Origin: Peribolospora baueri | Lineage: Eukaryota | Length of the DNA: 64,000 bases | Assembly: GCA_029717555.1 (NCBI GenBank) | Contig: JAMDHS010000033.1 | Span: 1-64,000 of the forward strand | Direction: 5' to 3' | Shown: positions 40,738 to 54,000 of the stretch, piece by piece | Numbering within the stretch: position 1 is the first letter of the stretch | Layout: the number at the start of each line of letters is the position of its first letter | The notes under the pieces: generated by a model | What the model was told of the DNA's origin: nothing | What the model saw: only the letters and a program-made list of their open reading frames with translations | Database searches by the model: none | Made by a program: the position numbers and the translations under genes

Positions 40738-43700
40738 ATGGCCATCTCTAAGAAGGCTGGCAAGCGTGCCCCTGGAGGCGCGGGCGCCGCACCCAAGGCG
40801 TCCTCCAGGCCCGCCAAGAGGGGCGTCGCAAAGGCTGACTGGAGGGAGGGCTTCAAGAAGCAGCAGGTAGGCGTGACCGATATGACGCTGCTCAGCACCG
40901 TCTCCAACGAGGCCATCAACGATAACCTCAAGAAGAGGTTTGAGAACAGGGAGATCTACGTAAGTCTCCTGCTAACGACCCCGCACCTAGTACCCGCCCA
41001 TCGGACAAGTGCCCTGGCGAGCTCGTCAAGTTCGAGCGCTGACCCAAGTCTCGTGCTGTGTCGCTTCGGCTTTTCGTCCCCGCTTCCTGACTCTGACTAC
41101 CAGACATATATCGGTAACGTGCTCATTTCCGTCAACCCCTTCCGGGACCTGGGCATATACACCGACGAGATCCTCGCCTCGTATCGGGGCAAGAACCGCC
41201 TCGAGATGGCCCCGCACGTCTACGCCATCGCAGAGTCGGCCTACTACAATATGATCGCCTATCACGAGAACCAGTGCGTCATTATTTCCGGAGAGTCAGG
41301 CGCTGGCAAGACCGAGGCAGCCAAGCGCATCATGCAGTACATCGCCGCCGTGTCCGGCGGCTCACATAGCAGCATTCAGGAGATCAAGGAGATGGTCCTC
41401 GCTACCAACCCGCTCTTGGAGAGTTTCGGATGCGCAAAGACCCTGAGGAACAACAACTCTAGTCGACACGTGAGTGAGGATGGAGCGGGATGGGCGCATA
41501 GAAATGATCGTCTTCATTCACCCCATGCTCCGCTGCGCGCCCAACTATCCTTGTTGCCTTCGATATTTGCAGGGGAAATACCTTGAGATTCACTTCAATG
41601 CACAAGGCGAGCCCATCGGTGCCAATATCACCAACTATCTTTTGGAAAAGGTTCGTTCCCCCGATCTCTCCTGTCTGTGGAGCACGCAGCTCACCCCGTT
41701 CCCTTCGGCTTGCAACGAGCAGGGTCGCATCGTGGGCCAGATCCAGGACGAGCGCAACTTTCACATCTTCTACCAGTTCACCAAGGCCGCATCGGTCGCT
41801 CAGCGGGAGACTCTCGGCATCCAGGGACCAGAGGCGTACGCATACACCTCGCAGAGCAATTGCATGGACGTTGAAGGCATCGATGACTCTGCCGATTTCG
41901 CCGAGACGATCGTGCGTGGCCCCTCTTATCTCCTTTTCATTTGGCTGGCGGCCGTCGAGCTGACCGCTGTCTCTCACATTCACAGAAAGCCATGTCCGTC
42001 ATTGGCCTCTCGGAGTCGGAACAGTCAGAGATTTTCCGCATGCTCGCCATCATCCTCTGGCTCGGGAACGTGCAGTTTACAGAGAATGCAGAGGGCAACG
42101 CTGAGATAGCGGACCAGAGCGTGCCAGAGTTCATCGGGTACCTTATGGAGGTCGATGCCGCGGCGGTGAACAAGGCATTGACGCAGAGGGTCATGGAAAC
42201 GCAGAGAGGCGGGCGGCGCGGTGAGTGGTGCGGAATGGCCTGATTGCTCAAGTCAGCACGGGATATTGGCATGCTAAATCGTCTCTTTCGTCCACTCAGG
42301 CTCCATCTACGACGTTCCGCTCAATAATACTCAGGCCACCGCCGTGCGAGACGCCTTGTCCAAGGGCATCTACAACAACTTGTTTGGTGAGTGTAGAGAT
42401 GTTTACTACTCCAATTCGCGCTCACTTGCGTCGGTCCTGACCTGTCATTTACCTGCAGAATGGATCGTGAGCCGCATCAACACCTCCATGTCGTCTCGCC
42501 AGGCCACCGTCAACTCCATCTCCGTCCTCGACATCTACGGCTTCGAGATCTTCGACAACAACTCGTTCGAGCAGCTCTGCATCAACTATGTGGTGGGTTT
42601 CAGTCTCTCGAGCGGATGGTGATGTTGGCTAAGCGATGACGGATTTCCGCTGACTGCTCGTCTGTCCTCGATGATGCGCTATTTCCAGAACGAAAAGCTG
42701 CAGCAGATGTGAGTCGTGTCGCGATGGCATCGCTTCAATGCGGTGGGACGCTCATCCGGGGAAATTTCATTCGCCCCCCAACTTGCCGATAGCTTCATCC
42801 AGCTCACTCTCAAGGCCGAGCAGGAAGAGTACGTCCGAGAGCAAATCAAATGGAACAAGATCGACTACTTTGTGAGCTTCCGTTCCCGACTTGCCTCCGT
42901 TAAGCATGGAACGCCGCGTCCGGGATACTGACCACTCCCTCCGATTTTCCGTCTTCCACACCTCTCGCCACTAAACACAGAACAACAAAATCGTTTGTGA
43001 CCTGATCGAAGAGAAGCGGCCTCCCGGCGTCTTCGCCGCCCTTAACGATGCGTGCGCGACCGCGCACGCCGACTCGAGCGCCGCTGACAACTCGTTCGTT
43101 CAGAGGCTCGGCTTCCTCAGCTCCAACCCGCACTTCGAGAGCCGCGGCAGCAAGTTCTTGATCAGACATTGTGAGTGAACGTTTGAAGAGTCAAAGCTCG
43201 AGAAGAGTGTCGCGACTGACTCTCTCGGCATTTTGTCCTCACCCTGCAGACGCTGGAGACGTGTACTATAACATCTCAGGAATGACGGACAAGAACAAGG
43301 ACGCTCTTCTCAAGGACATTCTCGATCTCATCGGCTCGAGCTCCAACCAGTTCCTCCAGTCCCTCTTCCCCGGTCGTCCAGATCCCAACAGCAAGAAGCG
43401 CCCGCCCACCGCCGGCGACCGCATCAAGGCATCCGCTAACGCCCTCGTGGATAGTTTGATGAAGTGCCAACCGAGCTATATTCGGACGATCAAGCCGAAC
43501 CAGGTGCGTTTCTCCTGTGGATCGTTGCACCGGCGATGACCATCACTGATTGAATCCCGCTCCGATACGATGACTTGACGCTTGCAGAACCGTAGCCCGA
43601 CGGAGTACGATACCAAGGCCATCTTGCACCAGATCAAGTATCTCGGACTGTGAGTCTCATCTCGCAGCTCCTTTTTAGGCGCCCGGCGTCGGAAGCTGGC

Positions 43701-46474
43701 ATGATTCATTCACTCGGGCTGTCTTTCCCACAAATAGTCAGGAGAACATTCGTGTCCGGAGAGCCGGATTCGCCTACCGAAATACCTTTGAGAAGATCGT
43801 AGAGCGGTGAGCACTAGTACTCTCCCCTCGATCAGCGGGCGGACAGGCGGTATTGATGAGAATTCGTGGTCGCCGTCCACAGCTTTTATCTTCTCTCTCC
43901 CGCGACGTCCTACGCCGGCGAGTACATCTGGCAAGGCGATCCCAAGTCGGGCTGTGAGCGCATCCTCACCGATACCGGTATTGGCAAGGACCAGTGGCAG
44001 ATGGGCGTCACCAAGGCGTTCATTAAAGCGCCTGAGACGGTGAGGGCCCGGAGGTGGCGATGGTGTCTTGTTCAACGCGGAGGTCATATCGCTGAACCTG
44101 CTCCAACTATGTCCCGGTTACCCCCAGTTGTTCGCTTTGGAGACGATGCGAGACAATTACTGGCACAACATGGCGAGGAGGATCGTAAGTGATTCTCTAC
44201 GCATGATCGGCCGCGAATTTTGTGGTGATACATCTCAATGTCCACGTCTCATATTCTTCCTCTCCCTCTTTCTTTCTCCTTCTTTCCCACTCTCTAGCAA
44301 CGAGCTTGGCGCAATTACATCCGCTACAAGAATGAGGCGGCGACGCGCATCCAGCGTGCCTGGAGGAACAGCAAAGATAGCACGCCAAGGGACCTGCGCG
44401 ACTATGGCCATCAGGTCCTCGCGGGGCGCAAGGAGAGGCGAAGGTTCTCATTGCTTGGCATGCGGAGGTTCATGGGCGATTACCTTGATGTGGGAACCCA
44501 GAACCCGAGCCCGCTTGGGGAGATGCTCAAGGGCGCGTGTGGCATCGGAGGTGCGACCTCTCGACTTAAAGTCTTCGTGAGCGCGATCTGGTCAAGCCAG
44601 CTGACGCGGTCCTTCTGCCTGTGACATCATCAGGATCAGAGACGGTTGCGTTCAGCTCGAAGATACACTTGCTCGTCAGCCGATTGGGTCGGTCCAGCAA
44701 AGTCAGCCCTCGGTATCTCATCCTTGTAAGTAAAGGCCGTGGTTGCGCCTGTTCGAGTGCTCTTTTCTGACGCATTCCTCATCGTCACTTTCACAGACGG
44801 ACAAGGCCATGTACATCGTCGTCTCGCAGCTGAAAGATCAGCAACTCGTGACCACTTTGGAGCGCAAGATCGCGCTCGTCACCATTGGTAGCGTCGGGCT
44901 TTCGAAGTTGAGGGACGACTGGATCGTGAGTAGGGTATGAGCTCCGCCACTCTCCTTCCCGTTGTCTGATCACCCTCACATGTTTCGAAACGTTCGCCTT
45001 CAGGCCATCAACGTCAATTCATCCGAAGAGCCCGACCCGGTGTTCTCATGCTACTTCAAGACCGAGCTCGTCACTCATCTTTTGCAGCGAACCGCAGGCG
45101 CCATCAACGTCAACGTCGGTGACACGTGAGTGCTCTTCCCCCTTCTTCTCGGGTGCTATCGATGACGTCTGACAAACGTCGAGCTTCTCCTTCGTCTCAT
45201 GCAGTATCGAATACTCGAAGAAGAAGGACAAAAAGGCGGTGATCAAGTTCGTCAAAGACGAGACGGTGCAGAAGGACGACACATATAAGAGCCACACCGT
45301 GTCTGTCGCCTCAGGCGAATCGGCGTCGAGCGGCTCGCGACCTATGCCGAAGAAAAAGCCTGGCAACATTCGGCCTATCACTCAGGGCAAGCTGCTCAAG
45401 CCCGGAGGACCGTCCAAGACAACTACCGTGAGTGTCCCTGTTTCTGCACTCTATGATCTCCAGAATTTGAATCGAAATTGTGGCTCCCTTCGACGTCGCA
45501 GAAACCTCGTCCCAAGGCACAGCCGCTGCCTGTGTCGGCCAGGCCGGCGCCGGCGCCGGCGGCAGCGCCGAAACAAAGTACGGGCCCATCGGCGGCGACG
45601 GCCGCTCCTCCAAGCGCTGCTGTCAAGGCGGCGCCTTCGGCGGCGAAAGCGGCTCCCCCGCCTCCCAAGCGAGCCTCCGTCCCTCCGCCGCCGCCGCCTC
45701 CGCCGGCTGTCGATCAATACAAGGCTTTGTACGAGTTCGAGACGGATCAGGATGGCGAGATGCAGTTGATGAAGGACGACGTGGTGGAGGTTGTGCAGAA
45801 GGACGACAACGGGTGGTGGCTCGTCAAAAAGGCTGGCGTCGAGGGCTGGGCCCCCTCCAACTACCTCGAGCTCATACCCGCCGCGAAGCCAAAGCCTGCA
45901 CCGCCCCCCGCCAAGCGTGCGCCTCCGCCAGCTCCCGCTGCGACCTCGTCTACCGCGTCTTCGGCGACGTCGACGCCAAAGCCCGCGCTCGCCGCCAAGC
46001 CGGCTCCGATCCTGAATGCTGAGGAGGCGAAAGCGGACGCGGCTCCAATTGCCATCTTCCCCGGCATGCAGCCCGGCGGGTGGCAAGCAGCGTTGGCGGC
46101 GAAGAAGGCCGCCGCCGCCGCCGCTTCGGCTGCCGACGGGGACAGTGCGAACGGAAGCGCGACCAACGGCCACGCTCGTACGGGCTCTGAGGCCGGCGCG
46201 GGCAAACCGCCGGCCCCGGCGCCCGCTCCCAAGCCCAAGCCCGCCATCGCTCCCAAACCAGGCGCTCCCAAGACCGCGGCAAAGCCTGGCGGGGCCCAGT
46301 TTGGCGGTGCGGCTGATTTAGCTGCTGCGGTGAGTTGACGAGCAGATGCCTTGCCCTGCAGGGCCTGGCCTCTCGAAGAAGACGAGGAAGAATAAGGAGA
46401 CTCATTCGTCCCGTCCTTCCCTGCCGCCGTCCCTGCAGCTCGCCAAGCGTCGGCAACAAACCGACGATGACTGA
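40738..46474 (+). CDS. MYO1: Class I myosin
   Basis: P-loop [24 protein letters not shown] site RRGSIY; IQ motifs; TH1 domain; SH3 (ALYEF...GWW...GWAPSNYL); Pro/Ala-rich tail; final exon [11 protein letters not shown]. Confidence 0.96.
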
Positions 46475-46914
46475 AGCTGGTCGGCGTCGGCGTCGTGTGC
46501 GGGTAGTGGATGCTCCTTCGTCTTGTAGACTCGGTTTCCCTCTTTCTAGTTGGGGATTAGTTTGTGCGTTTGCTCGTTTGGAATACACACACAATGGGAA
46601 GGATGGAGGGGCGTTTCAGATGCTCGTCACGATTCCGCCCGCGTCCAACCATCTTGCCATCTGCCGCAGCAGCCAAGGAGCACGGATACCGTCATTTACC
46701 GTCTCCTCCGCTCTGCTCCCTTTCCTTTCCTCGAACGCAACACCATCTCGGACACTGCGCCTTGAATGTAGACCTCGTCCGTCCCTCCCTCGCCTCGCAC
46801 CATCGCCACTCGCCTCCCTCGTCGTGCTCATCGGCGCTCGGGCCAACGCTTTCTTATTATTTTCCTTGCCCGTGCCCTCGTCGCCGTCCGATCGACGGCC
46901 GTGGATATCGTACG

Positions 46915-48752
46915 ATGGCCGCTCCGAACGCTAAGCGCAAGGTGAGCGAAATGGATGTCGCACTGACGGGAGCCCAAGACCCGTTTGGTTGTTGGAGCTC
47001 GCCGACGACTGTGCTTGCTCTTTTCGACGTTTTTGCGCTGCTCTTTTGCTAGGTGATGGGGCGCATAGACCTCAGCGATGCTTCCCCCGCCCGCACGCTC
47101 CCTCGCACCACCCAACCGCCACCGAGCACGGGCTCGATCAAGACGCCGCACGTCCGGTCAGGGACTAGGGCCAAAGTCGACATGAGCATGTTTGTGCCTC
47201 CCTCTCCCGTACCCTCTGCCACCTCCGTACCCACGTCTTCGTCCCCCGCGGCAGGAGCACATCTCGGCACCCGGTCACCCAACTCGGCGCCGCAGACGCC
47301 GCGACAGGGGCAGGCCGCTGCGAGCCCCTTGGTTGGCGGCACATCACATTTGATAACCGCCCGGAGTTCTCCCATCGACTCAGGTACTCTTCCGACGAGC
47401 GTGTCGATACGCACGAAGCGTTCTCGCGATCGCAATGGTTCGATCGATGGACATTCTGCCGCCCACTCGACCGTCTCTGCTTCCCCTCTGAGCACCGTGC
47501 CTGCGCTCTACCGCCAGCCCTCTTTTCCTGGTTCCTCCAGCGGCGCCTCGTCCACGAGGTCGCCCTCACCGGCGCCTCGATCGCCCGGGTCCCCGATGTT
47601 CGCCACCGTCCCTGTGTCCTCTCCGCCATCGGGCCCTTCATCCGCCGTCTCTCACGCCTCCGCCCACCTCCTCAGCCCGCCCAAGTTTGCCGGCAACCCC
47701 GCCGATGCGTCTTCACAGCGTCCCAGGTCCGCTGCACACACAACAGGCACGTTAGGTGGAGCGGGCTTCTCTCAAGTGAACTCGCTCGCGAATCCAACGC
47801 CCCAAGGGCATGCGAGGTCCAAGTCGGTCTCCACCAGCGCCCTTCAGAGCGCGACCGGCCCAGCGCCGGCCCAGCAACCAGCGGCAAACGTACGCTTCTC
47901 CGTGCTGGGAATCGAGTCGAACGGAAGTCAAGCACAGTCGCAGTCGCAGTCGCAGTCTCTGGGCCTCGCAGGCCTGCCCTCGCCCACATCGCCTTCGCAG
48001 CAGGGCCCGTCCGTCCCGGTTGCGGCCAACGGACACAGGCGTGGGTCGGGGAGCGTTGTGAGCGCCAGCGGGCCGGAGGAGGAGGAGGCGGCGGAAGCCA
48101 AGTGGACCAGGAAGGTGAGGGCTTGTCATTTACTCAAATTGGCGCTGCAGTTCGAAGCGTGGGATCTGCTCGATTTACGTTTGCGTCCGTTGACGATGGT
48201 GTGACGGTACGCCCTTCACAGATCCTTGACCTGGAGATCTCAAACAAGTCCCTGCTCGCCATCAACGCCACGTTGGAAGCGACGAAGCTGAAGCAAGCCA
48301 ACGAGATCCGAGAACTGCGCCGGCGGATCCGCGACGGTCGAGGTCTTTCGCTCGCTCCGGTCGAAGCGGGGGCCGCCGCGACGTCTTTTGGCGGCGGGGT
48401 GGAATCGGAGGTGGAGGAGGACGAGTGGACGTCGCCGGACGAGGGCGACGAGCTGGAGGAGAAGTTTGTGCGGATGAGGGCTCTGATCGAAGGCATGATC
48501 GCTCGCGGCAAAGACGCTCTCGAGTTCAAGTACGACGACGCAGTCGGAGGCGCCAAGGTGCTGAGCGCGATCGAGGTGGAGGATTACTCGACGAGAAGGG
48601 CAGAGGAGAGGCAGAAGGCGAGGGAGAGAAGGAGGGCTGAAGAACACGAAGGCACGGTGACGGGCATAGAAGAGGGCGCGGCGGGAAAAGAGAACTCGAG
48701 TCCTAGCAGAGAGGGTACGCCACTAGCCGTCGCGCGACCGGCATCTCGATGA
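46915..48752 (+). CDS. Uncharacterised fungal protein: Ser/Pro-rich N-terminus with a C-terminal coiled coil, 3 exons
   Basis: MAAPNAKRK|VMGRIDLS...EAKWTRK|ILDLEISNKSLLAINATLEATKLKQANEIRELRRR; phase-0 introns keep the frame. Confidence 0.8.
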
Positions 48753-49340
48753 GTCCCGACCGACCGTCCAGCGTAGTAGCCGTCCTTTCCCTTTCCTTCC
48801 GATCCCTTCCCTGGTCGGCGACCTATATCTCGAATCCCTTTCTACCGCATGCATCTCAATACCCCGCACATACTCGTGTACCCGCTTCGCATGGGGTTTA
48901 GACCCCGGAATACCAGACAACAAACAGTTTCTGCGCGCTTGAATACTCGTAACCGTCTCGCTCCCGCCGGCTCTCCCCGCACCACTTCCGACGTCCCTCC
49001 ACGTCCTTCCTGGCCCAGCTTTTGCGCCTTGAGTAGGAACAGCAAGGGCTGGCACACACGGATGACGCCGTCGAGATGAGTATGCTAGTTGGCCGCCCTC
49101 GTCTCTCGCATGCGGACTGGCCTGACCTCTCCCTGGCTCCAAGGTCGAGCGAAGGCTTGGGCAGAGACATGTCGACGGCGGCTTCAAGTCGACCGCCGCG
49201 CTCTTCTCAGACTCGTTTCTCATATCTTGCGTCCTTTTTAACCTTCTGTGCACCACACACGGAAGCTCTCTCACCTCGCCATCGACCGTAGTGCGTTGGA
49301 TTGGAGACCTGTGCGGGTCGCAGCGACTCGGCGATGGGAG

Positions 49341-49592
49341 TGTCGTAAAGACGCTGCGTAAAGCTTCATCGAAAACCGTTTCTTTCCGCCGTTTTTTTCT
49401 CCCTCCCTGCGACGATCTGTTTCTTTCTTGTTTTTTCTTGCTGCTTCATCGTCCCACCCCGTTGAAGACCGTTTTTCTCTTGTTGAAGACTTTCTCCTTG
49501 TTTTTCATCTTCCACCGTTTTCCATTTTGTTTTTCCCCGCCAGTGCAATATTCCACGCTCTCCCCGGCAGTGTAACATACCCCCTCCCCCCG
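49341..49592 (-). mobile_element. Putative retrotransposon 3' LTR remnant with a polypurine tract
   Basis: Minus strand reads GGGGGGAGGGGGTA|TGTTACAC... (PPT, then LTR-like start at 49577). An AT-richer 237-bp block ends ...TACGACA at 49341. No partner LTR in the window. Confidence 0.45.
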
Positions 49593-49749
49593 TACGAACA
49601 ATGTGATTTGACTATAGCTGTGTGTAAAAATCGTGATGGTATTCCTCAAGATGGAGCGTGGGCGCAATGGGAGTATATAGGGGTCTGTGACGCTGTCGGG
49701 CCAAATTCCCACAGTATGGCCACCGTCTATGGCGAAGTTGTATGTGAAG

Positions 49750-50340
49750 TCACACACCTGTTTGCGCGGGCGCGATCCTTCAGATCATCCTTGGTAGGCC
49801 TTGGCGGATGTCTGACGACGTTGACGGTCGTTACGGAGTGGCTTCTTTTGAGCGCGATCAGTCGTCGGGATGGGCTTCCTCCTCGAACGGCTCTACCGAC
49901 TGGGTGATTCCGCTCTTCCAAGTCTTGAAATTTCCTATCAATGAGCTCGGTTACAGCCTCGCTAGCATTGACGGACGACGTGGCTAGGCTATTAGACCGG
50001 ATGGTCTCCATGGCCATGCCGCTTGTCAAGCCGCTCTTGCTCCTGGTGCTGCATCCTCAACGACTCGGCAATACGAGTCTCGTAAAGACGCTTAGTAAAG
50101 CTGTCTTTCGCTGGGGAGAGATCGTCGGAGAAGGTATGCGACGGGACTTGGGGTAGATTTGCAGATTTCGGCCAGTTTAGCTTGGAGTGCGTTCTCGAAG
50201 GCGTGGATGGCAATTGACATGTCAATCCGCACCTGGAGGCTTTCAAGCTCAGCCGTGCGTGCCTCGAGAATGGTAGCAAAGTACTCATTCCGGGCTTTAA
50301 TGGTCGTTTGGAAGAGTGAGTCTGAAAAAATGGGGCGTCT
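49750..50340 (-). pseudogene. Decayed coiled-coil ORF, possibly a retroelement ORF1/gag relic
   Basis: Three protein-like helical fragments in different frames (TIKARNEYFATILEARTAELESLQ; FTKRLYETRIAESLRMQHQEQERLDK; AMETIRS...VTELIDRKFQDLE), no introns, lower GC than the neighbouring genes. Confidence 0.3.
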
Positions 50341-51039
50341 TGCGTTCGAGAGGAGCGGTGAATCTCAGATCCCGCCCCTATCACGGTCTGGCTTTCTTTG
50401 ACCACGACCGTGTTCCTTCTTCACGACAGAAAACCAACGGAACGGCCACTCGTGCTTCTTCCGCCCGACCTACAAGTTGTACCGAGGCCTCCAGCCAGCT
50501 CTGAACTCTGCAACCAGGCAATGAGGGTGCTCAGCTGATATCGTATCGCCTTGCACACATGGGATGCCTTGGCTCGCTTTGAGCTTTGCATCTTGCGCAC
50601 GGAATGTCGCGTGGGTCACCTCCGTTTAGACTTGTCACGAGCCAATCCACCTGCTCTCTCGCGTACTCGATATGCTCTTCTAGTCGACTCGCCGGCCGGC
50701 CAAGTAGAAGCCGGGATTTCGCTTCGGAATCCGGACAGCGGGAACGGTACGGTGCGTGTTATGACAAAGAAAGAGGTATCAATATCGTGGCACTGCTCGA
50801 CACGACTGACGCACTCACCGCCCGAGCGGAAGGGCGGGGATGAAAAAAAAAAAAAAGGAAGACCGTACAAGGAAAACCGTGTGATAAGCAGTGGGACAGC
50901 CGCCAATACATACAAATATGTTCTCGTCCCTGGACGAGGCGGAAGAAGGGAAAACGAACGGAGGAATAAAAAACTTAAAGCTCCGGAAGCGGTCAGAGAG
51001 CCGACCGACCGCCCCCGCCAGGCGTCGACTGCGCTCACT

Positions 51040-54000
51040 TCACCCGCCCCCACACTGCTTCTCCGACGTCGCCGCCTTCCCATCCGCTGCTGGAGGCAAC
51101 TCGTCCAAGCGCCTCCTGATCTTATCGAGCCTCGCCTCGATCACGCGCAGCATGTCCTCGATCGCGCGTCTCTCGGCGCCCAAGTCGCCCAGCGGGAGCT
51201 GCTCGACGGCATCGGTCCCGGTCTTGGTCTCGTGGCGCGAGTCAGCCTCGGCACTGGGCAACCCGACGGCCGCGCCGGGTTTCCAGGTGGCTGGTGCAAG
51301 GTAATCTCGAAGCACTTCGCGCACGGCGGCGGCCACGGCTTCAGGGGTCGAGTCGTCTGGCGCCGAATGACGATCGCCGGCGCCGCGAGACGAGGGGGAA
51401 CCGGGGTAGGAGGCGGTACGACCGGGCGTGGTTCGGGAGAGATGGCGTTGGGCGACAGCGGAAGCGGAGCGCGGGTCGGGGCCATCTCTTGCGTCGCGGA
51501 GAGATGTGAAGGTCCAGAGATTGGAGAGAAGGAGGACGAGAACGAGGAGGCCGAGTGCGACGCTGCCAGGACTGACGCCGCCAAGCAGGTCGCCGATCGT
51601 CTCGAGCGCGGCCGAGCCAAAGTCGATGACGGAATCGAGATGAAACGGCAGGCCCAACAGGCCCGCCTTGCGCTCCTTCTCCCTCTCCTTCTCCTTGGCA
51701 GCGTCGGTCGCCTTCTCCTCCTCCTCCTTCGCCTCCTCGTCCCTTGTCACTTCCTCCAACAGCGCAACCTCGTCCTCTCCCTCCTGCTTGAACTCGGACG
51801 GGTGTGCTTTGATGTAGGTGCGCATTTCCCGCTCCAGATCTCCGTGATATTGCTTTTGACCGTCGATCGAGGCCTTTTCGATGATCCCTGCGAATAAGCC
51901 AAGGTCGACATCAGCTCCATCGGCATGTGCTCGCGCGGACACGGGCGGACGGAGAACGAGAGACAAAGGAGGGCGGGCGAGACGCACCTTTGATCATACT
52001 CCTCCCTGTCCAAGCGACCTCGGCGGTGACGAGCACCTTGGTACTGTTCCCGCCAGCCCACATGACGCACGTCTGCGTCTTGACGGAGAAGCTCGACCCG
52101 CTCGGAACGTCAGGGGTACGAGTGGTGGTTATGTTGGAAATGTAGTTGTCAAAATCGACGTGCGAGTTCTCGTCGCTGATCAAACACTTGGTCTGCTTGG
52201 GGCCAAAGCTGCCCGTGAGCGGTTTGATGTAGGACATGGTGCGGGTGAGCATGTTGTTGTTCTTGGGGTCGGGCGACCACTCGGAAATTTGCAGATCTGT
52301 GGTCGCGGGACCGAGGGGGGGCACGCGTCCGGCCAAGGCCAAGGCAGGATCAGTCAACGTCGACCTGTAAAAAAGACCATGACGAAGCATACCCGCTGAC
52401 CGACCGACTCACCCAACAACTTCTGGCTGACCGTCATAAAGTCCTTGATGAAGCCACTGGTGAACATGAGGTTATAGATCTTCTCCGGCGTGCTAGGGAA
52501 GGTGGCCGTCATGATCTCGGCAGCGTAGTGTTTTTGACAGGCGCACTTCGTAGGCCTATGCGGAGCCTGCTTGGTCGAGGCGCCGGACGAACCGCGCGGG
52601 GTGGGGTCCCTGGCGACTTTGCCGTTGACATCGACGGAGCGAGCGTCGGCGACGCCCTCCCACTCGGGCTGGCCCTTCTCGCCTCGGAGCTTGCGGCGGA
52701 GCAATGAGCGCTTGGAGGCTTTGGAAGTGTCGGGAAGGGCACTGGACGGGGGTACGCCGGCCTCGGAGCCCGCGACGGAGGGGCGCTGACTTTCGTCTCC
52801 AGAGTCAAAATCTTCCTCCGAAAGGACGTCTCCCGAAGAGACAGGCACGCCAGGATGAGAGAGGCGCCAGATGTTGACGATCAGGTCGTAGGTCGAGTCC
52901 CGAGAGAGGAAGGAGGTGAAAATGTACTGGGGGGAAGGGTCGAAAGGAAGAAGACGGTTCGGCATGGGCCATCGACGATCCATCGTCGAACTGGGACTCA
53001 CCTCCTCGCTCCGCGTCTGAATGCGGATGGCATTGGGAATGATCATGGCTGTCGTCTTCTTCTCGATGGACGCAATCTCGGAGAAAGGTATGACGGCCTG
53101 CCAAGGTCCGAAAGCGCGCACGAAAACCGAGCCATCGGTCGGTCGGGAGGAAGGAAGGGTGAGCGCAGACACCGAGGGCGGACGAGACGCGAGATGCGAC
53201 CCATTCGGACTGCTCACCGTGTTGACCCAACCGAACAAGTTGGCGTTGAAACACATGTGATTCTCGGAGATGTAAATCCTGCCCTGGATGAGGATCTCGC
53301 GCTGCCAGGCGCATCCATAGTCTGCCAAATGAAACGAATCGGTCGTCAGCACCAGCACCGACTCGGCGACGTACGCCGGTCCATCCTACGTCATCACAAT
53401 TACCAGGAGCGGTAGTAGGAGCCATATGCCCAGCCGCAAGTTCAACTCACCCTCGATGAGATAATCGTCCTCGGGTACGCGGGGGAACATTTGATGAAAC
53501 TCGGCGTTCCTCTTCGAGCTCGCGACGGCAAAGCCAGTGATCTGACCCCCATCGCCGAGTAGGCTGTTAGGGTCCAGCAGGTCACTGTCTGCGCTGGCGA
53601 GGGTGCCGTAGCTCATGTCGCTCGCGTCGCTCGGCTGTCGTCCCCTGTTTCCCAGGTGAACGTGCCCGTCATTGCTGGGGCGACCGCCAGAAATGCTCGC
53701 CGTGCTCGACAACGTTGCGACGTCGAACGCAGGATGGGGGGTCGCGAGCGCCATGCCAGACACGGCGAGCGCCGAAGCGATGCCACCCGAACCGCCCTTT
53801 CCTGACGAGCTCTTGCGGCGGGTGCGATCGGAAGAGGCGTTGATGTCGGAGAGGCGCGAGAGGGAGCGCTGTGAGTGAAGTCTCCGACCGTTGGCGTTGC
53901 CGGAAGACGGGCCTAGGGGAAGGCTGGCCGTCGCTGGCGGGGCAAGGAGGCTTGCGCCGCCGGGCTTGGGCTGGGGGGAGTGGCTGGAGGAGGCGGTCAT

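Noticed and set aside
50551..51897. 448-aa plus-strand ORF and similar long ORFs elsewhere (e.g. 61044-62141, 31566-32255)
   Set aside because: Antisense shadows of real GC-rich coding exons or of simple repeats; no domain signatures.
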